From assembly GCF_006345805.1 (NCBI RefSeq), contig NC_043004.1, forward strand, positions 45,508,001 through 45,572,000: DNA of 64,000 bases, read 5' to 3'. Each line of letters begins with the position of its first letter. The stretch's first letter is position 1. The position numbers and the translations under genes are program-made. Source of the stretch: Octopus sinensis. Lineage: Eukaryota. Of the stretch, positions 52,311-64,000 are shown piece after piece. The notes under the pieces are model-generated. The model was not told where the DNA came from. It searched no databases and saw nothing but the letters and a program-made list of their open reading frames with translations.

Positions 52311-52320
52311 TATTGTAACC

Positions 52321-52650
52321 GCGAAGGCGCGTTGCTTAGTGGTTAGGGTACTCGGCTGACGATCTTAAGTTCATGAGTTCGATTCCCCGGCAGCGCGTTG
52401 TGTCCCTGAGGAAGGAAGACACAGTATTTCTCGTTGCTTCAGTCCACTCAGCTGGCAAAAATGAGTAGCGCCTTTATTGCAAAGGGTCAACCTTATATTC
52501 TGTGTCACGCTTAATCTCCCCGAGAAGTACGTTAAATCGTATCTGTGGCTGGATCAGCTTTATATAGGCGTACGATAATTTCACTAGCAGGCTGTTCCGT
52601 TGATCGGATTAACTGGAATACACTGCGTCGTCGTAACCGACACAGAGCCA
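52321..52650 (+). mobile_element. tRNA-SINE family S5
   Basis: GGCGCGTTGCTTAGTGGTTAG..GAGTTCGATTCCC head; 11-bp flanking repeat GTATTGTAACC (52310-52320, 52651-52661). Confidence 0.8.
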
Positions 52651-52660
52651 GTATTGTAAC

Positions 52661-52882
52661 CTGGCAGAAACGTTAGCACGCCGGGCGAAATGCGTAGCTG
52701 TATTTCGTCTGTCGTTACGCTGTGAGTTCAAATTCCGCCGAGGTCGACTTTGCCTTTCATCCTTTCGGGGTCGATAAATTAAGTACCAGTTACGCACTGG
52801 GGTCGATGTAATCGACTTAATCCCTTTGTCTGTCCTTGTTTGTCCCATCTATGTTTATCCCCCTGTGGATAATAAAGAAATA
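52661..52882 (+). mobile_element. SINE S1, tail B, slightly 5'-truncated
   Basis: Direct match. Confidence 0.9.
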
Positions 52883-53509
52883 AGTAGCGTAACCTGTTGT
52901 TGAAGTACTAACATTGGCTTCCCTCACCAAAAACAGAAGGTTACACACGCTTTAAGAAGACGGGTGTGCGCTTGGTGATGCTGTAGAAACTCGCATGAAA
53001 CCATCAAAAGAAACAATACCAGCAGTAAATATGTGAATTTGACGGTGTATATGTGGCTTTAATAGTAAATAACGTCTCGCTCTCTATCTGAGATGAAGCC
53101 ACTGGCCAAACAAGTATAATTCATGAATTAAATATGTATGTACGTATCCTAATATAGAATGACGATAATAAAAGCAGTTCTCAACGTCTCTATTATATAA
53201 TTATCCTTTCTTGAAATACAAATATTTAACGTGTGGGATTTTCTTTCCTTTTATTGTTTTTGTTTCTGCTGTAAGGTTTTATTCCTCTGTTATTGTTAAT
53301 TTATTTTAGGCTCCATTTTCTTTACATGAATACATATTACAGATGAAAGAGAACCTCTACAATGGCCGTTTTTAATATTTGCTTCATATTGCGCGCTCAC
53401 CAACCCCGGCTCTAAAACCTGATTAGTCACTATTGGACTTGAATTCTGTTTGATAAAAAAGCACAGTTTTGTCTTACAATTATTATGAGTCTTTGCTTAA
53501 TAATGACAA

Positions 53510-53656
53510 TTGGATTGTTGTCGTTGTTGTTGCTGCTGCTGTTATAGAAGTAGTAGTAGTAGTAGTAGTGGTGGTGCTGGTGCTGGCGGAGGTAGTAGTA
53601 GTAGTAGTAGTATTAGTAGTAGTAGTAATGGTGGTGCTGGTGCTGGTGGTGGCGGA

Positions 53657-53693
<37 letters not shown>

Positions 53694-53756
53694 GTAGTAG
53701 TAGTAGTAGTAGCGGAGGTAGTAGAAGTAGTAGTAGTAGTAGTAGTGGTGGTGGTG

Positions 53757-53798
<42 letters not shown>

Positions 53799-53945
53799 AT
53801 AGTAGGAGTAGTAGTGGTGGTGGTGGTGCTGGTGGTGGTGGTGGTGGTGGTGGTGGAAGTAGTAGTAGTGGTAGTAGTGGTAGTAGTAGTGGTAGTAGTA
53901 CTACTAGTAGTAGTAGTAGTAGTAGTAGTTCTTGTTGTTGCTGTT
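53510..53945. repeat. (GTA)n/(GGT)n compound trinucleotide tract
   Basis: Direct reading; source of the poly-V/T/S ORFs. Confidence 0.95.
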
Positions 53946-54096
53946 AATGTCGCTAAGGCGGCAAGCTGCTGACTGAATCGTTGCCGCTCCAGACAAAATT
54001 CATTACTTCCAGTTCTTTTCGTCCTGAGTTCGCATGCCGTCAAATTCAAATTTGTTTCTCATTCTTTCAGCGTCGATAAAATAAGTAACAGTCAAG

Positions 54097-54523
54097 GGAT
54101 TTTTTCGGTTTGACCGGCAGTTTTTAGCATAATTTCTAGGTAACTAAAAAATTTTAAACTTCGTATACCGGTAGAATGTCTTTATAAAACATCTTTTTCT
54201 CTTGGCTTTATTGAGAAAATTCTACAGTTTGTGAGATATTTGTTGTTTTTTTTTTCTTCAATTTCTGCAATTTCAACCAATCAAATACGTCTATTGAGGT
54301 AAAAAGCATTCTGTGCCGTATGAATATGTCCCTCGTTTAAGAAACAGATTGGGTTTATTTACATTTGTGAAGAAAAAAAGATACCCCTACCCCCACATCT
54401 AACCCTAACTAACCCTAACCCTAAAACAGATTGAAATGCAATAGATCGATACTAGGGTATAATTATGGGTGACAATTCCATATGACACCGCTAGAAAAAC
54501 TGCCGTTCAAACCGAAAAGATCC
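54097..54523 (+). mobile_element. MITE M1 nested in an old S1 SINE (~53955-54570)
   Basis: Perfect TSD CAGTCAAG; SINE body continues on both sides. Confidence 0.95.
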
Positions 54524-54656
54524 CAGTCAAGTACTGGAGTCGATATAATCAACTACACAACACCCTGAAAAAAACCTAAAAACACGCCTTGTACCTTTAT
54601 GAGATAGGTTGTCATTGAAAGCGCTGTTGTTCTTATTGTTATTGCTGTCAATTTTA

Positions 54657-54872
54657 TTCTTTTCTACTCTAGGCACAAGGTCTGAATTTTGGGGGAAGGA
54701 GGCTAGTCAATTAGATCGACTCAGTACGCAACTGGTACTTAATTTATCAACCTCGAAAGGATGAAAGGCAAAGTCGACCTCGGTGGAATTTCAATTCAGA
54801 ACGTAGTGGCAGACGAAATTCCGCTAAGCATTTCACCCGGCGTGCTAACTTTTCTGCCAGCTCGCCGCCTTA
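54657..54872 (-). mobile_element. SINE S1, tail A
   Basis: Full monomer. Confidence 0.9.
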
Positions 54873-54906
54873 TTATCACTGTTTTTGTAATCATTATCAC
54901 TGTTAA

Positions 54907-55450
54907 TGCGGCGAGCTGGCAGAATCGTTAGCACACCGGGCGAAATGCTTAGCGGTATTTCGTCTGTCTTTACGTTGTGAGTTCAAATTCCGCCGAGGTC
55001 GACTTTGCCTTTCATCCTTTCGGAGTCGATAAATTAAGTATCTGTTGCGCACTGGGGTCGATGTCCTCGACTTAATACCTATGTCTGTCCTTGTTTGTCT
55101 CCTCTATGTTTAGCCCCTTGTGGGTAATAAAGAAATAGGTATTTCGTCTGTCTTTATGTTCTGAGTTCAAATTCCGCCGAGGTCGACTTTGCCTTTCATC
55201 CTCACGCACTGGAGTCGATATAATCGACTTAATCCGTTTGTCTGTCCTTGTTTGTCCTCTCTGTGTTTAGCCCCTTGTGGGCAGTAAAGAAATAGGTATT
55301 TCATCTGTCCCTACGTTCTGCATTCAAATTCCACTGAGGTTGACTTTGCCGTTCATCCTATCGGAGTCGATAAATTAAGTACCAGTTGCGTACTGGGGTC
55401 TATGTAATCGACTAGTCACCTTCCCCAAATTGTGCCTATAGTAGAAAGGA
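54907..55450 (+). mobile_element. SINE S1 trimer (B, B with internal deletion, A)
   Basis: Junctions at 55138 and 55295. Confidence 0.9.
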
Positions 55451-56174
55451 TTCTTCTTCTTCTTCTTCTTCTTCTTCTTCTTCTTCTCTTCTTCTTCTTC
55501 TTCTTCTTCTTCTTTCTTCTTCTTCTTCTTCTTCTAATTTTTCTTCTTCTTCTTCTTCTTCTTCTTCTTCTTCTTCTTCTTTTTCTTCTTCTTCTAATTT
55601 TTTTTTTTTTCTTCTTCTTCTTCTTCTTCTTCTTATTATTATTATTATCATTTTAGAGTTGCCGTTATTTAATTATTATTACCGTTCTTTGCTGTGATGA
55701 TTATTGTTATAATTTCCTGTTGCTGTTACACTTGATTTTTGGCGACGTCGTCATCATCATCACCGTCGTCGTCGTCATAGTTTGTATTGTTGTTGCAGCT
55801 GTTGTTGTCTTGTTGTTGTAGTAATATAACTTTACGGTTGTCTGATCACATGAAAGTTAGTGAGTGCAAGAGAGAATGTTCTCTCTGATTACATAGAGGT
55901 TAACGTTTCAAACTTTCTTTTTCTCTATCCATTCTTTATGATATAATAAACACACACACACACACAAAACAATTAAAACACAAAGAAAGAAAAAACAACA
56001 AAATGTATTTATGTATTTCCTTAATTATGTATTATTTATTCGAACAACAATTTATTTCAAAAATTTTATTTCTGGTATTTTCTTTTTTGTTTTTCCTTTT
56101 ATTTATTTATTTACTTAAACTTGTTTACAGTTCATGTAATTTTGTCAGTTTCCTTCAATGTACCCATGTTTGAA

Positions 56175-56219
<45 letters not shown>

Positions 56220-56377
56220 TATATATACATATACATACATACATACATACACTCACACATATACATATATATATACATATATACATACATATATAATATA
56301 AATAATATATATATAATATATATATGCATATATAGATACATATATGTACATACATACATACACACACACATACATAT

Positions 56378-56454
<77 letters not shown>

Positions 56455-56458
<4 letters not shown>

Positions 56459-56740
56459 TATATGGGTAAAGAACGTCACAAAACGTAAACAACATGAAAT
56501 ACGCAAACAAATTTGGGTATGCAAACAGCGAGAGGAACAAATGGAAAACAAGACAAGTAACATAAAGAACGACCCTTCATAAGTTGGCGGTTGTCTATCT
56601 ACTCCTCATATCGAGCATTTACCGACAATATTTAAAAGCAGCAGAAATATAACAAAAGCTGTTGCTCAGACTTTGTTAACAAAACTGTCCGACGAACGGG
56701 AACATGAAACTCTGATTAACAGCTTTTTTATATTTCTGCA
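56455..56740. repeat. TA-flanked interspersed cassette (family also at 61850-62110 and 62690-62760)
   Basis: Shared AAAG(A/G)ACGTCAC.AAAC, CAAATGGAAAACAAGACAA..AACATAAAGAA.GACCCTTCAT and TCGAGCATTT blocks. Confidence 0.75.
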
Positions 56741-56807
56741 TTTCTGCTGCTTTGAAATAAAGCATATTACTCTATTCCCACCCTGTTTCACATTTATGTG
56801 CTTACTC

Positions 56808-56862
<55 letters not shown>

Positions 56863-58358
56863 GATTGATAGATAGATAGATAGATAGATAGACTGATTGA
56901 TTGATGGATTGATTGATTGACTGATTAATTGCCTCTTCATTATTGCCTATGTGAATTTTCTCATCGTCTCAGGAACAAAATATTTCAGAAAAAAATACAA
57001 TTTCATCGTACAATTTTGAAAATAATTAGGGAATTTTATGGATACGGCTAGTAGATATCTAATATATATGTTCATTGTATTAAACATCTATTCTTAATAT
57101 AATGAATATGCTTTGATTTATTGGCCTTGCAGTTTGTATCGGCTATCCTCCAAGATTTCCTATATTAAGAAGAAACCTCTGTTAATGTAACACAGTTTTT
57201 AAGACCTTGAGAATAGAAATTCACACACCACGTATTATTGATATTCAAATATTGCCGTTCATAAAGAGTTTCTATATTTGGAAACGGTGTTGCTCTTCAG
57301 GTTATTTCTTGCAAAGTCTTTATTAGATTATTTTAATTGTGTCCTTACTTTCGCACTGGTTCTTTGATTGCTGTTGATAATCAAGGCAGCAAGCTGATGC
57401 AATTGTTAGAGCGTCGGAGAAATTGTTTTACAGAATTGGTTCTTGTTCTTTACATTCTCGGTTTGATTCCCGCCGATGTCAACTTTGTCTTCTATCCCTC
57501 CGGGATCAATAGAATAAAGCACTAATTAAGGTGTTGATAGTGTCAAATAGTGCCTTTCTTCTGAAAACTGCTGATCCTGTGTATAAATCTTGTACCATTA
57601 CTGATATCATTGAAGATATTGCTTTATAAGTCATTGGAGTATTTATTTATCCCAAGTAACCCAATCTAAATCTGATTATTTCACACATGCTGTGTGACGT
57701 CAGACTCTGTTTTCTTCCTCTCTTAGCTTCGCTATAAACTTATGGAATATATCCATGATTAAAAAGGCCTTCACACCGAGGTCATCTTACGTTTTGCTTT
57801 CATATATCACAGACTACTTTGCAATATCAAATATAATGATACCATGCTGGGCAGTAGAATTTGATTTGAGTGTTCACTCTAGAAGAGTACAACAAATGGT
57901 TGTTTATGTTAATAATTCGCTGCTATCATTAAGAAAATTCCCTTTCTCTCACAATATGTTTCATATTTTACGTGTCATCCCTTCTTAGCGATCTCATATC
58001 TCACTAATCCGGAGAAAAAGGACGAATGAAAACTTAAGTATATAGCGAAATTGAAAGAGAAAGAAAACAGAGAGTTTGACGTCACACAGTATGAGCGAAC
58101 AAATCGGATTTAGACTCATATGTCACTAAAAAGACCACAGTATGCGACTGTGTGGGTGTTGTGATATATATGTATTTATATAAATGTATATATATTTATT
58201 TATTATGGTGTATATATATATATATTATATATATATATATATTATATATATATAATATATATATATATATACACATATATATAGGTATATATACGTATAT
58301 GTACGTATAAACCTTTATACACATGAGTATGTTATATGTATGTATTTATATATATGTG

Positions 58359-58390
<32 letters not shown>

Positions 58391-58457
58391 ACCTATATAT
58401 ATATCTTTATATATGCCTATGTACATATGTATGTATATATATGTACATATGTATGTA

Positions 58458-58516
<59 letters not shown>

Positions 58517-58644
58517 CAATATGTGACCGCGTGTATATCGTTGGCGATGTTCTTTCTCCGTCTTCTCTTCTTTGGACTTTTTTCTTTTTTTCTATATTTG
58601 TGACGAAGAGCTGTTTCTTTCTTTCCTATTGACTGCATGTTGGA

Positions 58645-59306
58645 TTACTCTCGCTCTCGGTACGTTTTGGGGACACGGCAAGCCAACAGTTGTTTCTTGT
58701 CTGAGAAAAACCAAGGCATGTTCGGTTGGAGGGAATGCTTCAGTTTGTTCAAAAGCATCGTAACGCGGACTTTCGTCTTGTCCTCGATGACTTGGGGATA
58801 AAAATCGGTCTTTTCGCATCTTGTATGAGGAATACCGAATTCCTCGATGCACTGCCTGCCTGATAAAGAACTCAGACACTCCCATGTCCCTGACGATGGA
58901 CCTGACTGACTTGGAGGATTCATTGTCAATCATGGCCTGGATATCACCAACAAATTTAGGAGTACTTTTCTTATAAGAACGATCAGAGTGAGTTTTCGGA
59001 GGTACCGTACCTTCATAATCACAATTAGACTCATCCAACTGTTTCCGAATTCTCTGCACTGTCCTCAGATTGACACCCAAACACTCTGAAGTGTTAGCTT
59101 TTGGAGCCTCCGGCACGAATGCCAAGTAGTACAGCATGTCGTTTCCAAATTTCAGGCAGAGTGAATTGCGTCATGGTGCTGTTGTTCTCAGAGACAGGGC
59201 TCAACAGACCCTACAATACTGTGTAGTTGACAAAATCAAAAAAGAAACACTGCGCATGCGCGAAATAAAAAATATAAAATGACGATGATTTATCCATCGC
59301 ACTCTG
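58645..59306 (-). pseudogene. Tc1/mariner-superfamily (maT/DD37D-like) transposon 5' remnant
   Basis: TA|CAGAGTGCGATGGATAAATC terminus; TPKFVGDIQAMIDNESSKSVRSIVRDMGVSEFFIRQAVH..YKMRK and, after a frameshift, LLNKLKHSLQPNMPWFFSDKK (first catalytic D); then deleted. Confidence 0.8.
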
Positions 59307-59346
<40 letters not shown>

Positions 59347-59374
59347 TCACACACACATCTGTACGTAGAAATAG

Positions 59375-59448
<74 letters not shown>

Positions 59449-60084
59449 TATATTATATATATAACATATATACATATATACTGGCACACACATAGATACA
59501 TAAATAAATAAATACGCACACACATATACATACATAAAATATACATTTATATTCTACACTCCAGATACAGTCTGTATTTCTAGCAGACACGTAACACATG
59601 TTTAAGACCGCTTAATGTCTCACCAACGCTAGTATAAAGAGAATTGGAAATGTTTTTATTTTCACATAAATTGAAAATACAGAAATAACGAAAATGTCAA
59701 CAATGCAAACATTTTCGAGCTGTTATGCAAATTACTGTATAAAAGTACACGAAATTTCGAAATTAACATTAAAATTAGATCTAAATATTCGCCTAGTGAA
59801 ATGACTTGTTACGGTAATTTTATGGACGAATGTCTCATAGTGAGGTCGGGGGAAAAAAAAAAAACGTTAAATCTAATTTCAATGTCGATTTGAAAAGTTC
59901 AAACTCTCTTGGAAAGTTGTTAGGATAAACAATTGCAGATAGCTTTAGGGCTAGTGAAGTTAGTGATGTTGCAGCTATTTCTATACACCTACAACTTTTT
60001 AATGTCTTTTAATGTTATTTTTTGCTTCCGGGTTGAGTAGGAGACACAGTATGCTAAGCACATTGTTACAATATTGATTACGGT

Positions 60085-60647
60085 GAAGTGCTTAACGTAT
60101 TTCGTCTGCTGTTATGTTCTGGGATCAAAAACATCCGAGATCGACATTGCCTTTCATCCTTTCGGGGTCGATTAAATAAGTACCAGTTACGCACTGGGGT
60201 CGATGTAATCGACTTAATCCCTTTGTCTGTCCTTGTTTGTACCCTCTATGTTTAGCCCCCTGTGGGTAGTAAGGAAATAGGTATTTCGTCTGCCGCTGCG
60301 TTCTGAGTTCAAGTTACGCCGAGGTCGACTTTGCCTTACATCCTTTGGGGTCGATTAAATAGTACCAGGTAGCACTGGGATCGATGTAATCGACTTAATC
60401 CGTTTGTCTGTCCTTGTTTGTCCCCTCTATGTTTAGCCCCCTGTGGGAAGTAAGGAAATAGGTATTTCGTCTGCCGCTGCGTTCTGAGTTCAAGTTACGC
60501 CGAGGTCGACTTTGCCTTACATCCTTTTGGGGTCGATTAAATAAGTACCAGGTACGCACTGGGATCGATGTAATCGACTTAATCCGTTTATCTGTCCTTG
60601 TTTGTCCCCTCTATGTTTAGCCCCCTGTGGGCAATAAAGAAATAAAT
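60085..60647 (+). mobile_element. SINE S1 trimer (B, B, B)
   Basis: Junctions at 60280 and 60461; units 2 and 3 share private variants. Confidence 0.9.
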
Positions 60648-61323
60648 TTTGGTCACAGTGCTTGGAAGGGATTTTCATATAATGGAAAAAAAAAATTAGG
60701 TCGCTACTGCTTACTGCAGCAAGTATGTCTTTCGTATGTTCATGCTTAGAATTTTAGCCTCGTTGTGTTGATGGCCTGTGGATGTGGTCTCTATACACAG
60801 TATTATTCCACACAAGGCACTGTTACACACACACACACCACATAAAATTCTTAAAGGAAAATGTTAATGATAGTGACTTCGACGTTTTGTCAAACAGCGA
60901 TGAATTTAAATTAATCTTGACTTTATATAGTCTCTGTCGAATTAAAACCTTCCTTGGATATATAGGTTTGAGTGGAGCGCTAATTAGGTTTTAGAGTGTT
61001 TTTCTTTTGGATAGGTGTCTTGGAGAAATTTTTATCGATTAAATTTGGGGCTTTGAATTTATTCATGCTTGTAGAACTTTGTAAGCTACTGTGAATATTT
61101 AGGTGTATCCCGTTTTGTAGGTATGAATATGTCAGAGCTTCAGTTATTTTCGGCTTTATTGGATTTAATCTTTTACTTTCACAATGTAAAGGTCAAAGGT
61201 CCAAAGTTTAGTTCAGTATTTAAGGGTCAGTAACCGGGTGTGTCAATTTGCTCGGTAATGGAATTTTTTAGGGGTTCACAGAAGATTATAAATAGGTGAT
61301 GTGTGTACTCGTAGTTGTCGTTA

Positions 61324-61378
<55 letters not shown>

Positions 61379-61627
61379 CAATATTTCGAAGGCTGTAGAA
61401 CCGTAAAAACAACAGAAAGACTGGGTATTTTACCGCTACATGACGGAAAGAGTTGTCAGCAGACAGCTATGGGACTCGAACACGCACCTCTCAGATACTG
61501 TTATATAAGGGGAAAATGCCCAATCTCTCTGCTGTTTTCACGGCCCTACTGCATTCCAAATATTACTTTCTTGTTCTGTACACATTTGGCGCTTTCAAAA
61601 ACAGAAAAAATTGTTTACCTATGTTGT

Positions 61628-61730
<103 letters not shown>

Positions 61731-61796
61731 TATATATATAAGTAATATAAAGATATGCATATATACATACGTATATGTACATACTTACATCTCGAC

Positions 61797-61853
<57 letters not shown>

Positions 61854-63046
61854 TATGTGGGCAAAGGACGTCACGAAACTTGTTAAAAAAATACGAAGCA
61901 CGAGTGCATGGAATAGGACCTATTTTTTCGAATAACGAAAAACACAAATGGAAAACAAGACAAACAACATAAAGAATGACCCTTCATCAGTTGTTGGCTG
62001 TCTTTCTACTCTCGTATTTCGAGCATTTCACAACAAGATACGCTTTCGATAAAACAGTTGCACCTGCAAAGCAAATTACATAAAATTTGGGATTTTGCGG
62101 AGGGTCAAAATTGGTAACAAAACAGGACAGTGGAAACAAACAGGAAGGGCTGCTAAGCCTAAACGAGGTTGTGGTGGCGAGTGCGCATATCAAGCTTGGA
62201 CAGGAGACAGACAAGAACACATCTTCCTTGATCCAGCTACGACGGAGAAAAAGAAACACAAGTTAGGAGAAGAAAGAAAGATGGCCGATGGTCAAGTGGA
62301 AGCCACGTGAGCAAGGAAGGAAGAGTGAGGGAGAGAGAGTGACAGACAAAGAACTGTGAAGGGGAGAGGAAGAAATTGGAGACAGGATAAGTGAGAAAAA
62401 ACAGGAGGGGGAGAAGGAGAGGTAGAAGAATAAGAGAAAAGAAGAGTGAAAAACGAAAGAGTAATAGGATAGAATAATGGGAGAAGAAGAGGTAAAAGAA
62501 TAAGAGAGAGGAAAAGAGAAAAACGAAAGAGTAAAAAGATAGAACAGAGTGCGCATCAGAATTATTAAGGTAAAATTTAGTTGGAAGGAGTTGCATGGCG
62601 TTCAATTATATAATAATATAAATATATATATATATTATATATACATACGTATATGTACGTACTTACATCTTATATGCTTCCAAAAATATGTGGGTACAGG
62701 ACATCACGAAACGTGTACAACAAAAAATACGAAGTACGAGTACGTGGAATAGGAACTATATCGTTTTAGACTTTGCGGAAAGATTAGAGAGAACAAGTAA
62801 GATTGCCTTAGTTGTAATGGTTCTAATCTATAGGTTATATTCTTTCCTTTCTCTTGACAAAATGTGCACGTACTTCTCTTTGTATAGTTATCAAATAGAC
62901 CTAGGGAATAGACTCACAAACGTAACAAGTTTATTTATTCTTCCGTAGATGAGAAAAATGACGAATCGATTTTCGATTCTCACATCGATTCTCTCGCCAA
63001 CACTGACCACCTAATCGCAGAGATACAAATAGCCAATCCGTTTATA

Positions 63047-63416
63047 TATTCTTTTATTCTCTTATTTGTTTCAGTCATTTGACTGCGGCCATACTGGAGC
63101 ACCGCCTTTAGTCGAACAAATCGACCCCAGGACTCATTCTTTGTAAGCCTAGTACTTATTCTATCAGTCTCTTTTTGCCGAACCGCTAATTTTCGGGGAC
63201 GTAAACACACTAACATCGGTTGTCAAGCGATGGTGGGATGGGGGATAAACACACACACACGCACACACACCTACGACGGACTTCTTTCAGTTTCCGTCTA
63301 TCAAATCCACTCACAAGGCTTTGGTCGGCTCGAAGCAAAGGTGCCTCGCAGTGGGACTGAACCCGAAACCATGTGGTTACTAAGCAAGCTACTTACCCCA
63401 CAGCCACTCCTGTGCC
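63047..63416 (-). mobile_element. SINE S2
   Basis: Near-complete match to the 25330 and 47992 copies. Confidence 0.9.
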
Positions 63417-63554
63417 TATGTGCAGCCACTCCATATATATGTATGTGTGTGTGTGTGTCTGTGTGTTTGTGTGTGTGTGTGTGTGTATGTGTCTATATAT
63501 GTGTCTATATTCGCATATATATATAGGCATTTAAATATATATACACCAACACAC

Positions 63555-63591
<37 letters not shown>

Positions 63592-63670
63592 CACACACAA
63601 CACACACACATTATATTATATATACATATATATATATATATATATTATATACATACACACACACACACAC

Positions 63671-63704
<34 letters not shown>

Positions 63705-64000
63705 ATATATATATATATATAATACATATATACATATACACATATACAACAAATCATATCAAAATGTACATAGGTCAAATCATTTATACATCAAAGTAGC
63801 TTCTGATAACTCGAGTTATTAATTTGCACATTATAAGTGTTTAAGACTTTATTTAGTATCAGAGGCGTCTCAATAGGGGACTCACTTCACACAGTAACTG
63901 TGTAGGATGTAACTGAATCTTCATTCTGAAAGTACTGTACGTTATTTTTAATATTTTCACTTTTGTGTCTATGATATATTCATTGAATGTAATGTTTGGC

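Noticed and set aside
53469-54049. Mucin-like poly-T, poly-V and poly-S ORFs
   Set aside because: (GTA)n/(GGT)n microsatellite open in several frames; no unique flanking coding sequence.

Overview
AT-rich, gene-poor eukaryotic DNA. The repeat families and huge (TA)n/(TATC)n tracts look like an Octopus-type coleoid cephalopod (inference). No intact, identifiable protein-coding gene is present, and almost all ORF-track entries are microsatellite or SINE translations. The window is mostly mobile-element debris: about 20 copies or arrays of one tRNA-derived SINE (S1) plus four other SINE families; 3' remnants of L1/Tx1-like, RLE-type and RTE LINEs; a decayed Penelope-like element; mariner and maT-like transposase pseudogenes; five copies of a ~415-bp MITE with 8-bp TSDs; hAT- and piggyBac-type MITEs; and a Helitron-like element. 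Highlights: (1) a near-complete type I hammerhead ribozyme fold at 7176-7255 (-) inside a TA-flanked cassette, with further decayed hammerhead-like relics; (2) SINE S1 shares its 3' tail with an L1/Tx1-like LINE and forms multimers joined at one invariant junction; (3) a 542-bp tandem-plus-inverted array; (4) an 11x100-bp minisatellite built from a piggyBac-MITE end; (5) a templated insertion copied from 6 kb away; (6) two phase-compatible candidate exons of an unidentified minus-strand gene. Family names rest on remembered motifs, not database searches.
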